A DNA stretch of 64,000 nt, taken from Klebsormidium nitens. Its lineage: Eukaryota; Plantae; Klebsormidiophyceae. How positions within the stretch are numbered: position 1 is the stretch's first letter; each line of letters begins with the position of its first letter. Under the pieces are notes generated by a model that was given only the letters and a program-made list of their open reading frames with translations, had not been told where the DNA came from and searched no databases. The translations under genes were made by a program, and so were the position numbers. Location: assembly GCA_000708835.1 (NCBI GenBank), contig DF236952.1, forward strand, positions 1 through 64,000. The letters run 5' to 3'. This document shows positions 12,491 to 25,600 of this stretch, piece after piece.

Positions 12491-14773
12491 CTAAACCTTT
12501 GTGAGGCTACAGTCTCAATCCACATAAAATATTTCAGATTCTTGCCTTGGTGACTTCCACATTATACCTCAGTTTTCATTCTTGGAAAGCGAGAACGCCT
12601 CTCGCGCCGCATGAGGAGCTTGTCCTAAGCACCATCGGCTACATTCATGCAGAAAGGAACTCGGTCTGTCTATTGTGGTATTCATTATGCGGTTATTGGC
12701 CAGCAGCCAACAAATCTGGCGAGGATATTCTCGGCAGAATGGTGACACCCTCCGTCCTCCTGCATACTTAGCCCTGTCACAACGTTTGTCAGACTCCCAA
12801 CTTTGGCTGCCCTGTTCTCGATTTCCCCAGAGACATCCTGCTATTTTCTCGATGAAGTTCTACATCCCTTGTCCAGTTCAGCTTCTTGCAAACGCGGGTT
12901 CATCTCGACCACCGGAGCAGTTGCACCCAAATTGACGAATCTTTATTGAATCACTATCACTTGGCATATGGTGCTTGCCGCTCAACATGCTATGATCGAG
13001 CACACGGGGAACGGCACTAGATGCGTTGTCAATGGAAGAGATCGAGGTGCTCCCCTTCTTCATGATGCAAACCAGGGCTGAAACACCACGCAGATGAACT
13101 GATCCCAAATCAGGTTAAATGCGTCCTTGCGTCGGCTGCAGTCTGTGTATTCAACAGTGTCAGTCTTGGCGAAAGTTGAGATACAAGCTGTGCATGCACT
13201 TGCAGAGCACCAATGATGTCAGACCAGTTTGTCAGAGTATTGCCACCTGTAGGAAGAACCTGCATTCCATGTCCGCTATATTGCAGTCCAGCTTGCGCTT
13301 TGACTGAGAGAAGCTTGGTATCCGTGACGGTTGAGAAGTTCGCGGCCTGGCGGCGAATGGATCGATCATCGGACTGTAAATAGACTCGGCAGATCGGCAA
13401 TTTCGGCTCTGACACCGTACTGGTCCGAGTCGGTCCCTGGTAGTATCACGTAGTGGCGACCGCCGCCGGTAGACCGTTGGACGTTGGACTGCGTCCGACG
13501 GTCGGAAGGCGACGGTCACCGGGTACTTAAGTTAGGCGCCGCCCGCTGGTCATTGCTTACCAGCTGGTCATGTACAGTGTACACCCTGTACAACAATTGG
13601 TAGGCTTTAATCGTGAGGCCGCCTCTAGTCGGCATGAGCGTCGGAATGCCTAGAGTCGCTATGAGCTGTCAGCAGATACCTAGTGCTGAGTTGGCTAGCA
13701 GCAGATGCCAGGCTACAGACAGCGAATGCATTATATACAATGTGGGGCCTTCCAACGTCCCGATGCGATGCAATCCGAGAACCCGTCGCTCTGCGCGCGC
13801 GTATATGTTGCATCCTGAACACCGTTCGATGAAAGCTCCGAACAGATCGATCGGCCGAGAGGTTTCCTTGCACGCCCCACGTGGCAGGGTCCTCGGTCAA
13901 CCGTACGGTCCTTTCCGGCTGTACGGAGCAGATAGAGCACTGCATCAATGCCGCTGGCGTGCAGTGGCCTAGGCCGGGATGATCCTCCATTCGTCCGATC
14001 CTCCATGTGGTTTAGATTCGCTCAGCTCTTTGAGCATGCCCTATGACCGCATGCCCCATGCATGCGGGCGGCGCCAGCATGCGAAAAGCGGTACGTACGG
14101 CCGGAGGATTGGCGCCAGACTCCCCGCGATCAGACGGTGTCATCGCATGCTCGCATACTACATGATTAAATCTTTACGCTCTAAACCTCTCCTCCGCAAG
14201 GCTCCTCCAGGCGACAGATTGCGGGCCCGAAGGTTGGTGGCCAGTCTGCTGACTGGTCAGTCTGATAAGAGTGACCGCCTACTTTCGTGGGTTGAAGCCT
14301 CTTCTATCAGCCAGCTCAGTCCTTTCCTCTCGCACTTCGCGTCCTCTAACCTCGTGACTAGCTTTTCAATTCCTGGGCTTGATTGCCAAAATTTCAAAGA
14401 GCACTGCAAAGTCTGAGAGTTGTCGAGAGCATCATCGATCGGATGGAACTGTCACAGTTGGTTCACAGTGACAGACTGGCTGCCGGCGAGATCGCCCAGC
14501 CAAGCTCTCCCTGTATACTACAGCAGCCAGCTAATCTTACCCTGCTCTGCTGGCGCCTAGCTGAAGAAGCAATGAGCTTAAGAAGGTCAACCACAGATAC
14601 GTGGACGTAATGTGCTGCAATGACCTGGCAATACGATGACGTAAGCAACTCTAATTTGTCAGACCGTTTAACTTTACATCATTTCTCACCCTAGTTGATT
14701 CCCTTATCCGGCTTTAATATCAAGTCACTTGGGATGGACCTCATGGAGCCCGGAAGAACCTGGAAGAGCAAAG

Positions 14774-17700
14774 CTACTTCCCATTCCTCGTCAACCGCCG
14801 GAGACGGCCCTTGTTGGGCGCCTGCTCCGGCTCAAACTCTTGAGGGGGCTCTTTGTAGCGCCCAATTCCACCCCCGTCCCGCTCTTCACGGGCGTCTCCA
14901 GCTGGCTGATCCAATCCAACGGCGCCCGGAGCCTTTCCTTGCGCCCAATGAACGGAAGAGGGATCCCTGACCGGCGCCTTGAAAACCAACTGCCGAAGAC
15001 TGGGGTTAACGTTGACCTGGGCTGGGTTGCGAGCAGGGACCGTCGTGGTGGGGTGCCTGGTGGGATGAGCTCCGGTTGGGGGGCTTAGACCCACCCCCGA
15101 GGGGCTGAAGGCGACCGGTACTTTGGGGGTCCCTTGCAGGCGCTGCTCGAGCTCCTCGTAGGCCATCCGCAAGGAGACCAGCTCCGTCTGAAGGGCCTTC
15201 GATAGAGAAGCATGCGGCGAGTCAGGAATACATACGAGGAACCGTGATAAGATTCGGAATCCTAGTTTGCCTATGAAGATTTGCTCTATGAACGATTTGC
15301 TCTATGAAGATGGGTGAAGGGCGTGGGACCGTTTCCAAAGACTGCACTGACCCACATGGACATCACGGTTTTCTTCTCTACATCGAATGAATCGCCAATT
15401 AATCCCATCATTCCAGTTTTATTCCCGATCCCAATCTTTCTCAGGACGTCCTACTTTGCTTTTGAAGGACACCTGCTCTGTAGGGGCAGGTGAAGGGCCA
15501 GGGACCGTTTCAAAAGAATGCACTGACCCAAGTAAAACCTCTGAACAGACAGAAGAACCACAGCGCTTGCTTCAAAGACATGGCGAGCCGACCTGCTTGG
15601 ACTGCTTGATGCGTTCGCACAAGAGTTTGAGAGCATGATACAAAGTGATCGGAACCCTGTCATGCAATGCAAAACTACCCTGAAAAGACATTCGGTTGAC
15701 TAGGATCTCGGATGTTCAAGTCTGTGTATTGAGCATTTGAGGCGAAGCTTCACAAGTTCGTCCAAGTTGGCTTCCCTGTAAATGCTGGCGGCGCACGTCA
15801 GTTGATTTTGAAAACATTTCAAACGTGTTGCAGGTATGTCTTCGGTCATCCTAAGTTTCTCAAGTCTGTTGACAGGTTTTGAAATGAAAGCTGACACGCT
15901 GGACGAACCCTTTCCATGGGTTCCTTATATGTTTCCTGCGCATCGTCAGCCTGGTGACATGCCTCACCTGGTTCTCCTCCCGCATCGCCGCACGCACTGC
16001 CGTGTACGAAAGCGCGGCCGCATTCAGCTTGGACCGCGCCTTCTCGCTTTCCTCCTTCAGCCGCGCGTTCTCGTCTTTGAGAGCAGCAATCTCAGCGGAA
16101 CCGTCCTCGGCGCGCTTGGCGTTTAGCTGCTGCACGAGCTTGGCCTGCGGAGGGCGACACGGAGTGGCACGTGTCCTTTCATAGCGTCGAACATCTGACG
16201 GACGCGCAGGCGAGGTCGTTGCCAGCGAAGCTGCCAAAAACCATTTGCGGTGTGACTTCGCAGCAAGGACCCCCTTCAGGTCTCAAATCTCGTGGCCCTA
16301 ATTTTTGACTTGGGGCAACTTTGTCCTGGGCAGCCGTGGATCTCCAGACACCAGAAAGGAAACCTTACCGAGCACGGAAGACGGTTCTGTCTTCTGGCAG
16401 TATCGGCTACGAAGCAGGACCGATCGTGATTTTTCCTCGCTTACAGGCGCCCAGCATCTATCTATGTCACGGACGGATGCTATCGTTCCCATTCCGCGGA
16501 CCATCGCAAACGACTCCACATCGAGCCGCTTCCAGCTCTTTGCTCTTCTGCATCAAGGAGCTTCTCATGATCAAGATCATCCAAAACTGCATGAATCCCA
16601 CCCGTCTGCCCCCAAACCCCGCACGTCTGGCGGCCGCGCCTCACCTTCTGCGCCATGAGGATCTGGGCGACGTACGCGATCGGGACGTCGTCGCTCATTA
16701 GCGCCTGCTCCGCGGCTGCGTCGGACAGCTTGGCGGGGTTTATGGTTTCGCACAGCCCGAGGCGCTCCATGTCCGTCAGCTGCTTGTTGCCCGCGCGCAG
16801 GAACTCCATCATCGCGTGGAACAGCTCGTCGTGGGAGGCGCGGGACTCGGGGGGGAGGACCATGGCCAGTCTGCGCGGAAGCCAGATTTTGACGGTTGGA
16901 GGTTTATAAGAACAGTGGTAGAGTACGTGAGCAAATGCTTCGGTGGGACTGAAGCCCAGAGCTGTTGAAAACGTCGTCAAGGCAGGGCTACGTGGAAGAT
17001 TGCAAGTAGCAACATGTGGTTGTGTGCCTGCGGTTCCATTCAGGGCACCTCGAAAGGGAGACTCGAACGCCCTGGATTAGGAGCCCATGTAGCATGCCAA
17101 AGCTTTTTCGTAGCATAAACCCCTGCTAAAAGAGAGAGTCCGTGTCGACCATGAGACTCGATCCCGCTAATGTTTCATGCTCGGAAGGACTTCAGATGCT
17201 GTACAAGCAGAGGTTAAGCAGAGACGGGACTGATGATTGTGACAGGTACCCACCGGTAAAACGAGTTGACGGTCATTCCCTTAGCCACGCGGCGCCGCAG
17301 GTAGCCATCGATCAGGGTCGCCACAGCGCGCAGCGATTCCATGGGCGCGCTCAGAGTGCGCGTGTTCTCCTCGAAAAGGAAGGCTTCCGCCAACGCTTGC
17401 AATTCCGCTGGCTCCAGCGTCAGGACGTCCTCGAGAGAAGCGTGGTCCAGGACGGAACCGGCACGGTCCTGTCAGGAAAGGGGAGTCGTCGGAAAGGGAA
17501 GAACGTTGCACTTCGCAACTATTTGGTGACGAAAAGCAGATTTTTCCAAGAGCAGTCTCCACTTTGAGCAATCTCCTGAATGTAGAGCTGGGAAGTAGGA
17601 ATTAAAGTCTCAGCAAGTTCGATTTGGCAGCTGACAGACGCTCTTTAGAAAAGGCCAAGCGAGTCTACCTTCCGTTGTCGGGTGCAACTTTGAAACACAC

Positions 17701-20700
17701 AATTTACAGATCCTCCCAACGGTGGGGATCACTGTTGAGCACAAATTCGAGGCTTCTATCAGAACCGGTAGCAGGAGCTCGAGCCATCGAAGTCCGTCGT
17801 GTACTTCTTTACGTGTCGGCGTCGAAAATCTTCATCGATTCAAAAGCGTCCTTACCGCTGCAGTCAATCTCGCACATAATCAACGCTCGAGACGATCGTT
17901 CCGCTAGGACCGGTCCTCCCACCTGTATCTTCTCCCGGCACTCCGTGGTTGCCCCGAAGCGGATGGCCACCTTGAGCAGCCGCATGAGGTGGCGGCTCTC
18001 GGCCGCCTCGCCGCCCTCCCGGCGCAGCGGCGGCAGCAGGTCCACCAGGGTTTGCAGAGTTTTGGAGGCCTCGTAGCACAGCTCCTTGGTGATCTCGCCC
18101 TCGTCCGTGTGCAGCGGCAGCCACTTCTTGCCGTACTCCTCGATGAGACGGCCCGCGACGGGGCCCGGGACGCCGTGCGCGCGCAGGCCCTCGACCATCT
18201 GGGGGCAGAGTGGGGCAGTGCTAACAGATATTTCTCAAGAAAGATAATAGTAAGCTAAGTTAATAACAAGCTCCGACTACACTAAAAAAAACCTAGCCCA
18301 AAATCCTGCTCCGTCACCCGTACCCACTCTAACCATCAAACTAACCCTAGCAGTTTGAGTGCGGTTGCCTTGTTATCACCTCGACTTAATAGTATCTTTA
18401 TTGAGTTCAATTGTGAAGAGGACGTACGTAACGGAAAGTGGGCTCCGCAGTCTAGTAAATTGTAAGCAAGGTAAAAGGTATGAGAAACTCGAATTGGGGA
18501 CTCCTCGAACATCTATTGTTCTAAGCAAAAGGTCTCTGACGCTCTGCAGATACTTGAAATCAAACGGTTTCTGTGCGATTCTGCGCGCCTCAGACAGCGT
18601 TAACGTTTTTCTGATTGAGTCCAGTATGTGGTACAAGGCAGCCAGGAACAGTGTTTCAACGTGCAAGAACACAATGGAAATGAACAGAGCATGGGGACTC
18701 GCTAACAAAGACGGTTATAATGCCCACCTTGGAAAACATGACAAGCCCCAAGCTGATGATTGACTCCGTGTCGAGGGGGCTCATTTCACCTGAGGGAGCA
18801 GGACACCAGTGTAATGGGCGATTTCTAAATAAAAGTGTCTGCGATCCGAAACGGCTTGATATACAATCCATCTTGCAAGGCGTCCACGAAGCGTCTGTTT
18901 GCCAGGCCATTTTCTAAAAACGTTTGCCGCAACTCCTCTCGAGCAAGTCCTGCTGGTGCTCCCTACTTCTCGCCGTCATCTGAACCATCATCCATAACAA
19001 AAAGGCTCCCCAAGTTTGCAGTTGTTCCATCTGCATCGAAAACGAATCACTCTGACTCGTCTACTTAGCAGGGGCAGCACCATGCAGAATCGCTTCTTAC
19101 GTCAGCGTGACGTCATATTACTATACAAAACTCCTTACCGCCGGCCCCAAGCTTCTCAACGGTGGCCCCCGCCACCGCCTCGACGCACCGCTTCACGATC
19201 CCCAGCTCTTCGGCCAGCGGCATCAGCGCCTCGCAGCTGCGCGTCACCGCCATCGCGTCGCCGACGCTCGCGAGCATCTGCTCCAGCTTCCGGTCCGCGT
19301 AGTCCGCGAGGGTTCTCGCACCGCCCTGCAATTCAGAGGGTTTCGCCCGAGTGAACATGGAGCCGAGGTTGCTGTCAAGACTGTCCGCAGGGGCTCATAC
19401 CGCCTCGCAAGCCATCTTTCGTCCAGCCTGGACTAGCGAATTGAGGAAGCCCGGCGCTTCCTGTCGCACTTTGCTGTCAAAAGGACATTACGAACATTGA
19501 TCGCTGACCTCCTTTGAGGAATTTCTTACGTGGGGAGAGGGGGGGAAAAGAAAATTGTTCTTTCCCTATTTTGAGAGGATGCAGCCAGAAGCGATCCCAA
19601 TCGGGATCTTTTCAGCGACTTAATTATCCTCATTCTAACCAGACTGGAAAGGCACAACTGAACAGGGAGAAGTGACACCTGCAGCGAGTGGGAGGCTTCG
19701 TCCATACGGAGGAACGCCGCGGCGCACCGGACGGCTGCCACGTTGTCCGGCGTGAGGCGGACGTCCAACCCATAGCAGAAGTTCGCCACCACCAGAAAGG
19801 CGGGGAGTCCCCCCGGAAGGTCATCGAGACTGCAATCAGAGGTTAACGTACCGTCAGAAATCACCTGGTTGATGAATGGTCCAATGCCCGTGTGCGATGG
19901 TTACCCGTTACCTGTAAGCTTTGGTTGGCTGCACCTAGTTGGGGAGATTGTCTTGGGAAGCGATGGGGAAGGCAGATTGTGATCTCAGTAGGGATTCAAG
20001 GGTCTGTCGTGAGCCGACAGGATTACCGAAGCAGATCTAGCATTTCAAGTCTTATGATGGAAAGAGAAGAAGGAAGGGGAACTCATCCACTGGAACGAGA
20101 TGCCGAGCGGCCACACCAACAGATTGAATGACTGAAGCCTGCACTCTTCTTGCAGAGCAAGTGTAGAACCCTGAACAGGAGCTTGAAGACTTTACCAAGT
20201 CTGCGGTTATCAAAGATTCCTATCGGACAAAATTTGCAACAGCCTTTGAACGATGGAGTCTTCATGCATAGTCGTAATGATTAAAATATGTACTCTTGTC
20301 CAATCAGGATTCCGAGAGTATCATAGCTGGTCTGACTGGAAATCAAACGGAGAAGCAAAAATTCCAAACAAACCTTCATGCAATGAGGTCCCCAAAGACA
20401 CCCTCCTAGGTAGCAGTATGTTCGCTCAAATGCTGACTAGCAATGCAAAATTGTAATTTCATGATGAGACAATTACAAATTTAAGTGGTCGTTCAGGAAA
20501 AACAGCAGATATCAAAATCATCGACTGCGGTTGGTGGTCCTGGCTGACAGTAGCTCAAGATGGAAGCCATTTACGTTTCTGGCCCTATTTGCTGCATCAG
20601 GAGCGCACCCATTTTGATTGACACACTGTGACTCATTTCTTGCTGCGAACATCCTTTTCAGTTTCCTTTACCTGACGAAGGTCTGCCCTGAATGCTTGTC

Positions 20701-20901
20701 AATTTCCGCGATCTCCGCAAACTTGCTCGACCTTGAGTAAAGAGGGAATCTGTGGAGGTGCAACCCCGCCTCCGCAATATTCACAATCAGATCGCTAGGC
20801 ATGCCAGCGGTCTTGAGCCATAACGCCTCCAAGCCATCCGGAACTAGGTTGTGTGCCGCAAATTTTAGGGGCAGATGCAGCACTGATGTAGCCATCTCCA
20901 T
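14774..20901 (-). CDS. NRL: BTB/POZ-NPH3 domain (NPH3/RPT2-like, NRL) protein with C-terminal coiled coil (about 9 exons)
   Basis: BTB: GMPSDLIVNIAEAGLHLHRFPLYSRS (~20673-20901) and DDLPGGLPAFLVVANFCYGLDVRLTPDNVAAVRCAAAFLRM (~19679-19828). Then AEELGIVKRCVEAVA (~19117-19327). NPH3 domain: LRAVATLIDGYL (~17276-17470) and RASHDELFHAM..CETINPAKLS (~16643-16900). Coiled coil: REENQ|ALQTELVSLRMAYEELEQ. Stop TAG at 14774-14776. The start codon is uncertain. Confidence 0.9.
15298..15530. repeat. 57-bp intronic direct duplication (15298-15354 / 15474-15530)
   Basis: Gap-free alignment of tgctct..ggtgaagggc..gggaccgtttc.aaaga.tgcactgaccca in the last NRL intron. A three-unit tttgc(t)ctatgaa tandem lies alongside at ~15266-15310. 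Confidence 0.8.
18245..18350 (-). repeat. Short dispersed intronic repeat, copy 2 (inverted)
   Basis: The reverse complement reads ttagagtgggtacgggtgacggagcagg...ggagctt...agcttact, inside an NRL intron. Confidence 0.6.
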
Positions 20902-22620
20902 GGAGAGGATGCACAACCAAGAGGTTCTTGCAGAACTCTGATGGCCTTAACGATTTAGAGCGAGCCCCGCACCCTTCTCAGCTCCTACACCCTGTTCACC
21001 TACGTTCCATATTTCTTGCAACCATCTGGAAAGTTGGAAGCGAAAGACTCTTCCCTCGAGCAACCCAGGGAGAGAGAGAGTCCTGCCACGTCGCCATGAG
21101 CGGTGCTTTGCAGGATCGATTGCACGTAAATCGCAGACCTTTCTGAAAAATACTCTGGTCTCAGCTTTCGCGCAAGCAGGTTGCCCCTCGCTTGGTCTAC
21201 TTGAAAATCCATTTTCTGGTATGTCTTCTTCCTGTATGTGAAGCCTTCTCTCCTGAAGAAGCCATCTTTCAAGAATATGCCGCCGGCACCTTCTTCCAAT
21301 GTTCGCCTCGGATTAGGGCTCTGCTATGGAAGGCCTCAGGGATGGAAACCTCAGCTAGTTTCGAGGTAAGACGGCATCTTGGAGGAAACTTGCAGGTCCA
21401 GCGTGTCTGGACCAGGATATCCATTGAGCTCCCTGCAACCCTTCCATCCTGTGCTCTGCCGCGCTTGTGACGCTTGACGACGCAATCGAGGTGTTTTAAA
21501 ACTTTAACACGGTGTGTTATTTTCGAGCTACAGTTTTCGTAAATTGCCAACGTTGAACTCTTCGAACTCAACAAGGCGGGTGCAGAAGGGTGGGGATGCT
21601 TGGACCTACTTCGAAAGTGAGCGTCCATTTCTAGTCAGCAAGTAATACTTCGTCCCAGCTCTTCGAAGTTCTTGGGCTGCCTGAAAGTTTCGGCAAGCAA
21701 ATTCAAACTTAGACTCACAGCAACGCGTCAGCAATGATTATCTTCAAAACCTTTGAGAAGTCATGATCCTTGAGAGTCGGCGGACATTTGGCCATGGCTC
21801 TTGATATCCATGTCTTATAGGCCTTGAAAACATTGCAACTTGACTTTTCACCGTCGCGATTGGCAAGCCCCCCATATTGTGCCCATACTGTGCCGCTCAT
21901 TGCTATCCATACCGTCGGCAGCTCAAACATACGTACACATGAACGGCTGCAGTGTTTGAGCGGAAGTCGGCTGGCACATAATCTTACTGTGTGTGCAGGT
22001 TTTTTATGGAAAGTGAACCGCAATTCAAATTAACAGCTCGTCAAGCTTTGCATGGCCTCTCGGTTGAACCGTCGTCTGTAAAGCAATGATCGACCGAGCC
22101 TGCATGGCTGATGTCGTGTGAAGATCGTGCTTCTGATCAGAGCATGCGCATATGCACAGTTTGTTAAAAACATGCGCAATCATGAGCTTTGTCAATATTC
22201 TTTCTAATCATCATTAAGCCGCTAATTCTGTACAATGACGAAAACCTCGTGCGCGCGTCCACTTTGCAGTTGATTGCAACTTCTAAACGTCGTACATTAT
22301 TGTTCAAGTAGCCGGCCATACACTTCATCATAGAATGGTCAGCCGGCCCTTGAGTGATCGCATGCACGCACAAACGCCGCATGATGTTACTATATGCACT
22401 TCGACGGGCAGTACAGTCGAAGGATCATCATGCGCATGTCATCTCAGCTACTATTCGTGCGTCATTCGAGCACGAAGGACGGCAATGAGGCCTACTGCCG
22501 TGCAGATGCTCATTGGGTTCCAACGAGGATTCGCATTTGTCCCCTTTGCAAACGGACTACTGAAGCGTCAAGCGAGTTGATACTATTGAAGTCCGTGTTA
22601 GTCAATCCTTTTCCATGTTA

Positions 22621-25600
22621 TCAAAAACCCGGTCGCAAGTCCTCCCCACCTCGAATGAAAGCCAGCAGGTTGTTTGCTAGACCTCGACTATGCGTGTTGA
22701 CAAACCTCCTCGTTGCAGCCGCACCCGCTGCATGCACAGAGCAGAACTCAGACTACAAGCAGAGAGGCAAAGCAGCTGAAAGCAAGCTATTTGAAAGAAT
22801 CTGTAAAAAACCTCTTAAGCGTGTGTAAGCAGAAACGTTCCAACGCCAGGAAAGAGGCAGCAAACAACCAGCTGCATAAGATCGCAAGCTGTACTTCTGC
22901 AGATTTGTGACCTTTTTGGAGCACGCTGATAGTGCAGACTGCCTGTGCTCAATCGTCACCGACCAGGCTCCTGCTCGCACATACCTGATCTGCTGGGCGC
23001 GAGCACGTACAAATCTGGACACTTTTTCCAGTTCCTCTGCAAGCACAAACCATCCATGTCATGCCAGCGAACATGCTCGACGTTGTACTGTCTCCAGGGC
23101 TCAATGAACCATTCAGTGGATATGTGGACCCGACGTGCAAGCAAGATAGCGCGCTCTCGAGGGGCCTAACGGTTAGCAACCCGGTTCTTCTAATTGGCCA
23201 AGGGGTAAGACCGAAGAAGCATACACAGGGCGACCTAATCCAGCAGTAGAATGATAACCTGAGGAGCAGGACTCACAAACTCGTATGCTGTCAGGTTGAC
23301 GGCGGCGCAGTAAACGTGGAATATCAATAATGGCACCTGCAAAGGTGGTCACTGGCTCAGCACTTATCAACCTTCGTCTGCGCAGGTTGAAAACCTCTTG
23401 ACTCTTCATCTCCTTTACCTTTCAAAGACACCATGGTTCCTGTCGACAGATGCAAGCACTGCAGTAAGATATAAACCTGGCGAGCCCCATTCGGTTGCTC
23501 AATACTGAAAGGCGGCCGTGATAAGCACCAACAGCGCTTCTGCTTTCAGCATCCGAATCTACCAGCGCTTCCGGGCATACTAGCTCTTGCGAGAAAAAGT
23601 CGAAGGCGTTTGAATCGATAAACATACCTGCCATAGTAGCTGTATTCGTGCAAAAAATGAGATCGAGGACACCCAGGGATGCTTGCCGACGATCAGCAAC
23701 GACACCAGGATCATCCTTTCGATGTTTGCTAGCGTCTCGCCTGCACGGAGCGAACGGCCAGATCAGCACAAGTTCTGATGATCAGTCTCTGTGAGACTTC
23801 TGACCAGCAAGGAGCGAAAGCTGAAAGTGACGCAAAAGCGGAGGCCTTTCCGTGATCATTTGGATCGCGCAACTGCTCAGCAGTCTGGTTTCTAAGCAAA
23901 CCAATCTGTGGTCTTTACTTTCCTGTGGAGCGGGACTTTGCAGAGGGAAAAGGCGCTTCGCAGACCGCTTCGACGATTTTTTCTGGTTGGAAGCACTTTC
24001 GTTTTCAGCGGCAATCTGACAAAGTTCGTTGCTATCCAAGCGAAGCTCCGTCGCCGCCTTGCTCCTACAACGTATCAACGCTCGGGAAGGGTCTGTGCTT
24101 GGGCACGACCGGCTAAGGGCGGAGTACGGTCCTGTTCTGAGCATGTGCGTCGACTCACTTTCTGAGACCAGCGTCAGTTCCTCTGGCAGCTCCAGAGACC
24201 CACGCCGATCAAAGACTGCGGAAAAGCAGTGAGTCACGCGTTAGCGGTTTCGTGCTGTTCACGGATTACCGAGAAGGGGACAAAAGGGGGGTCCAATAAA
24301 TCCAAACGGGATCGAAGCAGACAAAGGACGCGGCAATGATCTCGTCCTGAACCCTTGATTCCTGAACTTCGTGAAGAATGATGATCGTAGGTCTGACCGA
24401 AAGTAGACAGGACCACGTTCCTCGCGAAATACACGAGATGCCTGGTGATCGAGCGGTGTGGCAAGATGCGGGAAGTACGGACAAAGTCTTCCGAATGCAG
24501 CAAAGCACACAGAGAGTCAAGGTGATTGCAAGACAAATTGAAAGAAGCAACTTACACTGTACTGCTGCTTCGTCTAGAAAATACTCCGCTAGGATGAACA
24601 GGAGAAGCATGACTACGAAAAGAAAGTGGTTTCTTTGGCCTGCAGAGTAAAAATCGGTAGTATCAGGACCAAGCGCAATTTATAGAACCTCAATCGGTGA
24701 TCTAAAAGCGGACTCCTCCGAGAACGGAGTCCTCCCAGAACAACAGCTGTTATAAAATTGGACTCTATAGAAAGCAGGAGGGCTGAGCCGGAGACGACGA
24801 CACTCGTTCCCGAGGCGAAGGCTGCTTCCCAGCGCAGAACGCACATTTTGCGCTTATTGCAGAAGTCTCACCGGACAATAGACCTACCACCGGACAATAG
24901 ACCTACCAAACCGGTTTGCTAAAAGCCGGCAGCAATCGTCAAAGCTACAGGACAGCTAGCGCGGCGACCCCTCACCTACGCAGTTGTTGACCGCAGAGCA
25001 GTGGTGGTGGAACTTTTCTATACATACGTCACAGACGGGGCAGTGCTTTGAGCGGGGCGGTTTCGCAGCCTGCAAACACATATCAGGCATTGCGAAAGCC
25101 GTCGGTCCAAGCAGGCAATTGAAAATATGTAGAAATCGAGTGCTCGGCTTCTCGGGGGGGGATCCTTCACAGTCCTTTTCTGATACTAGCCGGCAAACTC
25201 CTCTGTAAAGAAGAAGGAAGGCTTCAGGAGATTCCAAGCGAGACGGGAAAGGGATCAAGGCCACTCTTCACGGCGACGGAAACCCCCTTGGCCATAACAA
25301 CTCCGAAAAGCAGTCCAGTATGAACCCAAGCTGGCAGCCTCAAATATCAACTCCCTGGAGTGGTGAGCGCACAGAGCCGTTGCAATCAGCCGTTCGAACA
25401 CCAGCCACTAATGCCATAATTTAAACAAGGATGTTGAAGCAGTGACACAGAAGATCCTGTGTCACTGATGTTGACAAATGATCGGTCCCTTAGTGCAAAC
25501 ACCTGAGTCTGTACCGCATCATCATGCTTCAAAGTCCTTCAGAAGCTGAAACATCGACGAGCTCGTTTGAAAGCACCCACCTTGCAAATATGGCAGTAGG

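Noticed and set aside
21000-22023. Three ~100-aa minus-strand ORFs upstream of the NRL gene
   Set aside because: No family motifs; these are probably 5'UTR or intron sequence. An N-terminal extension cannot be excluded.
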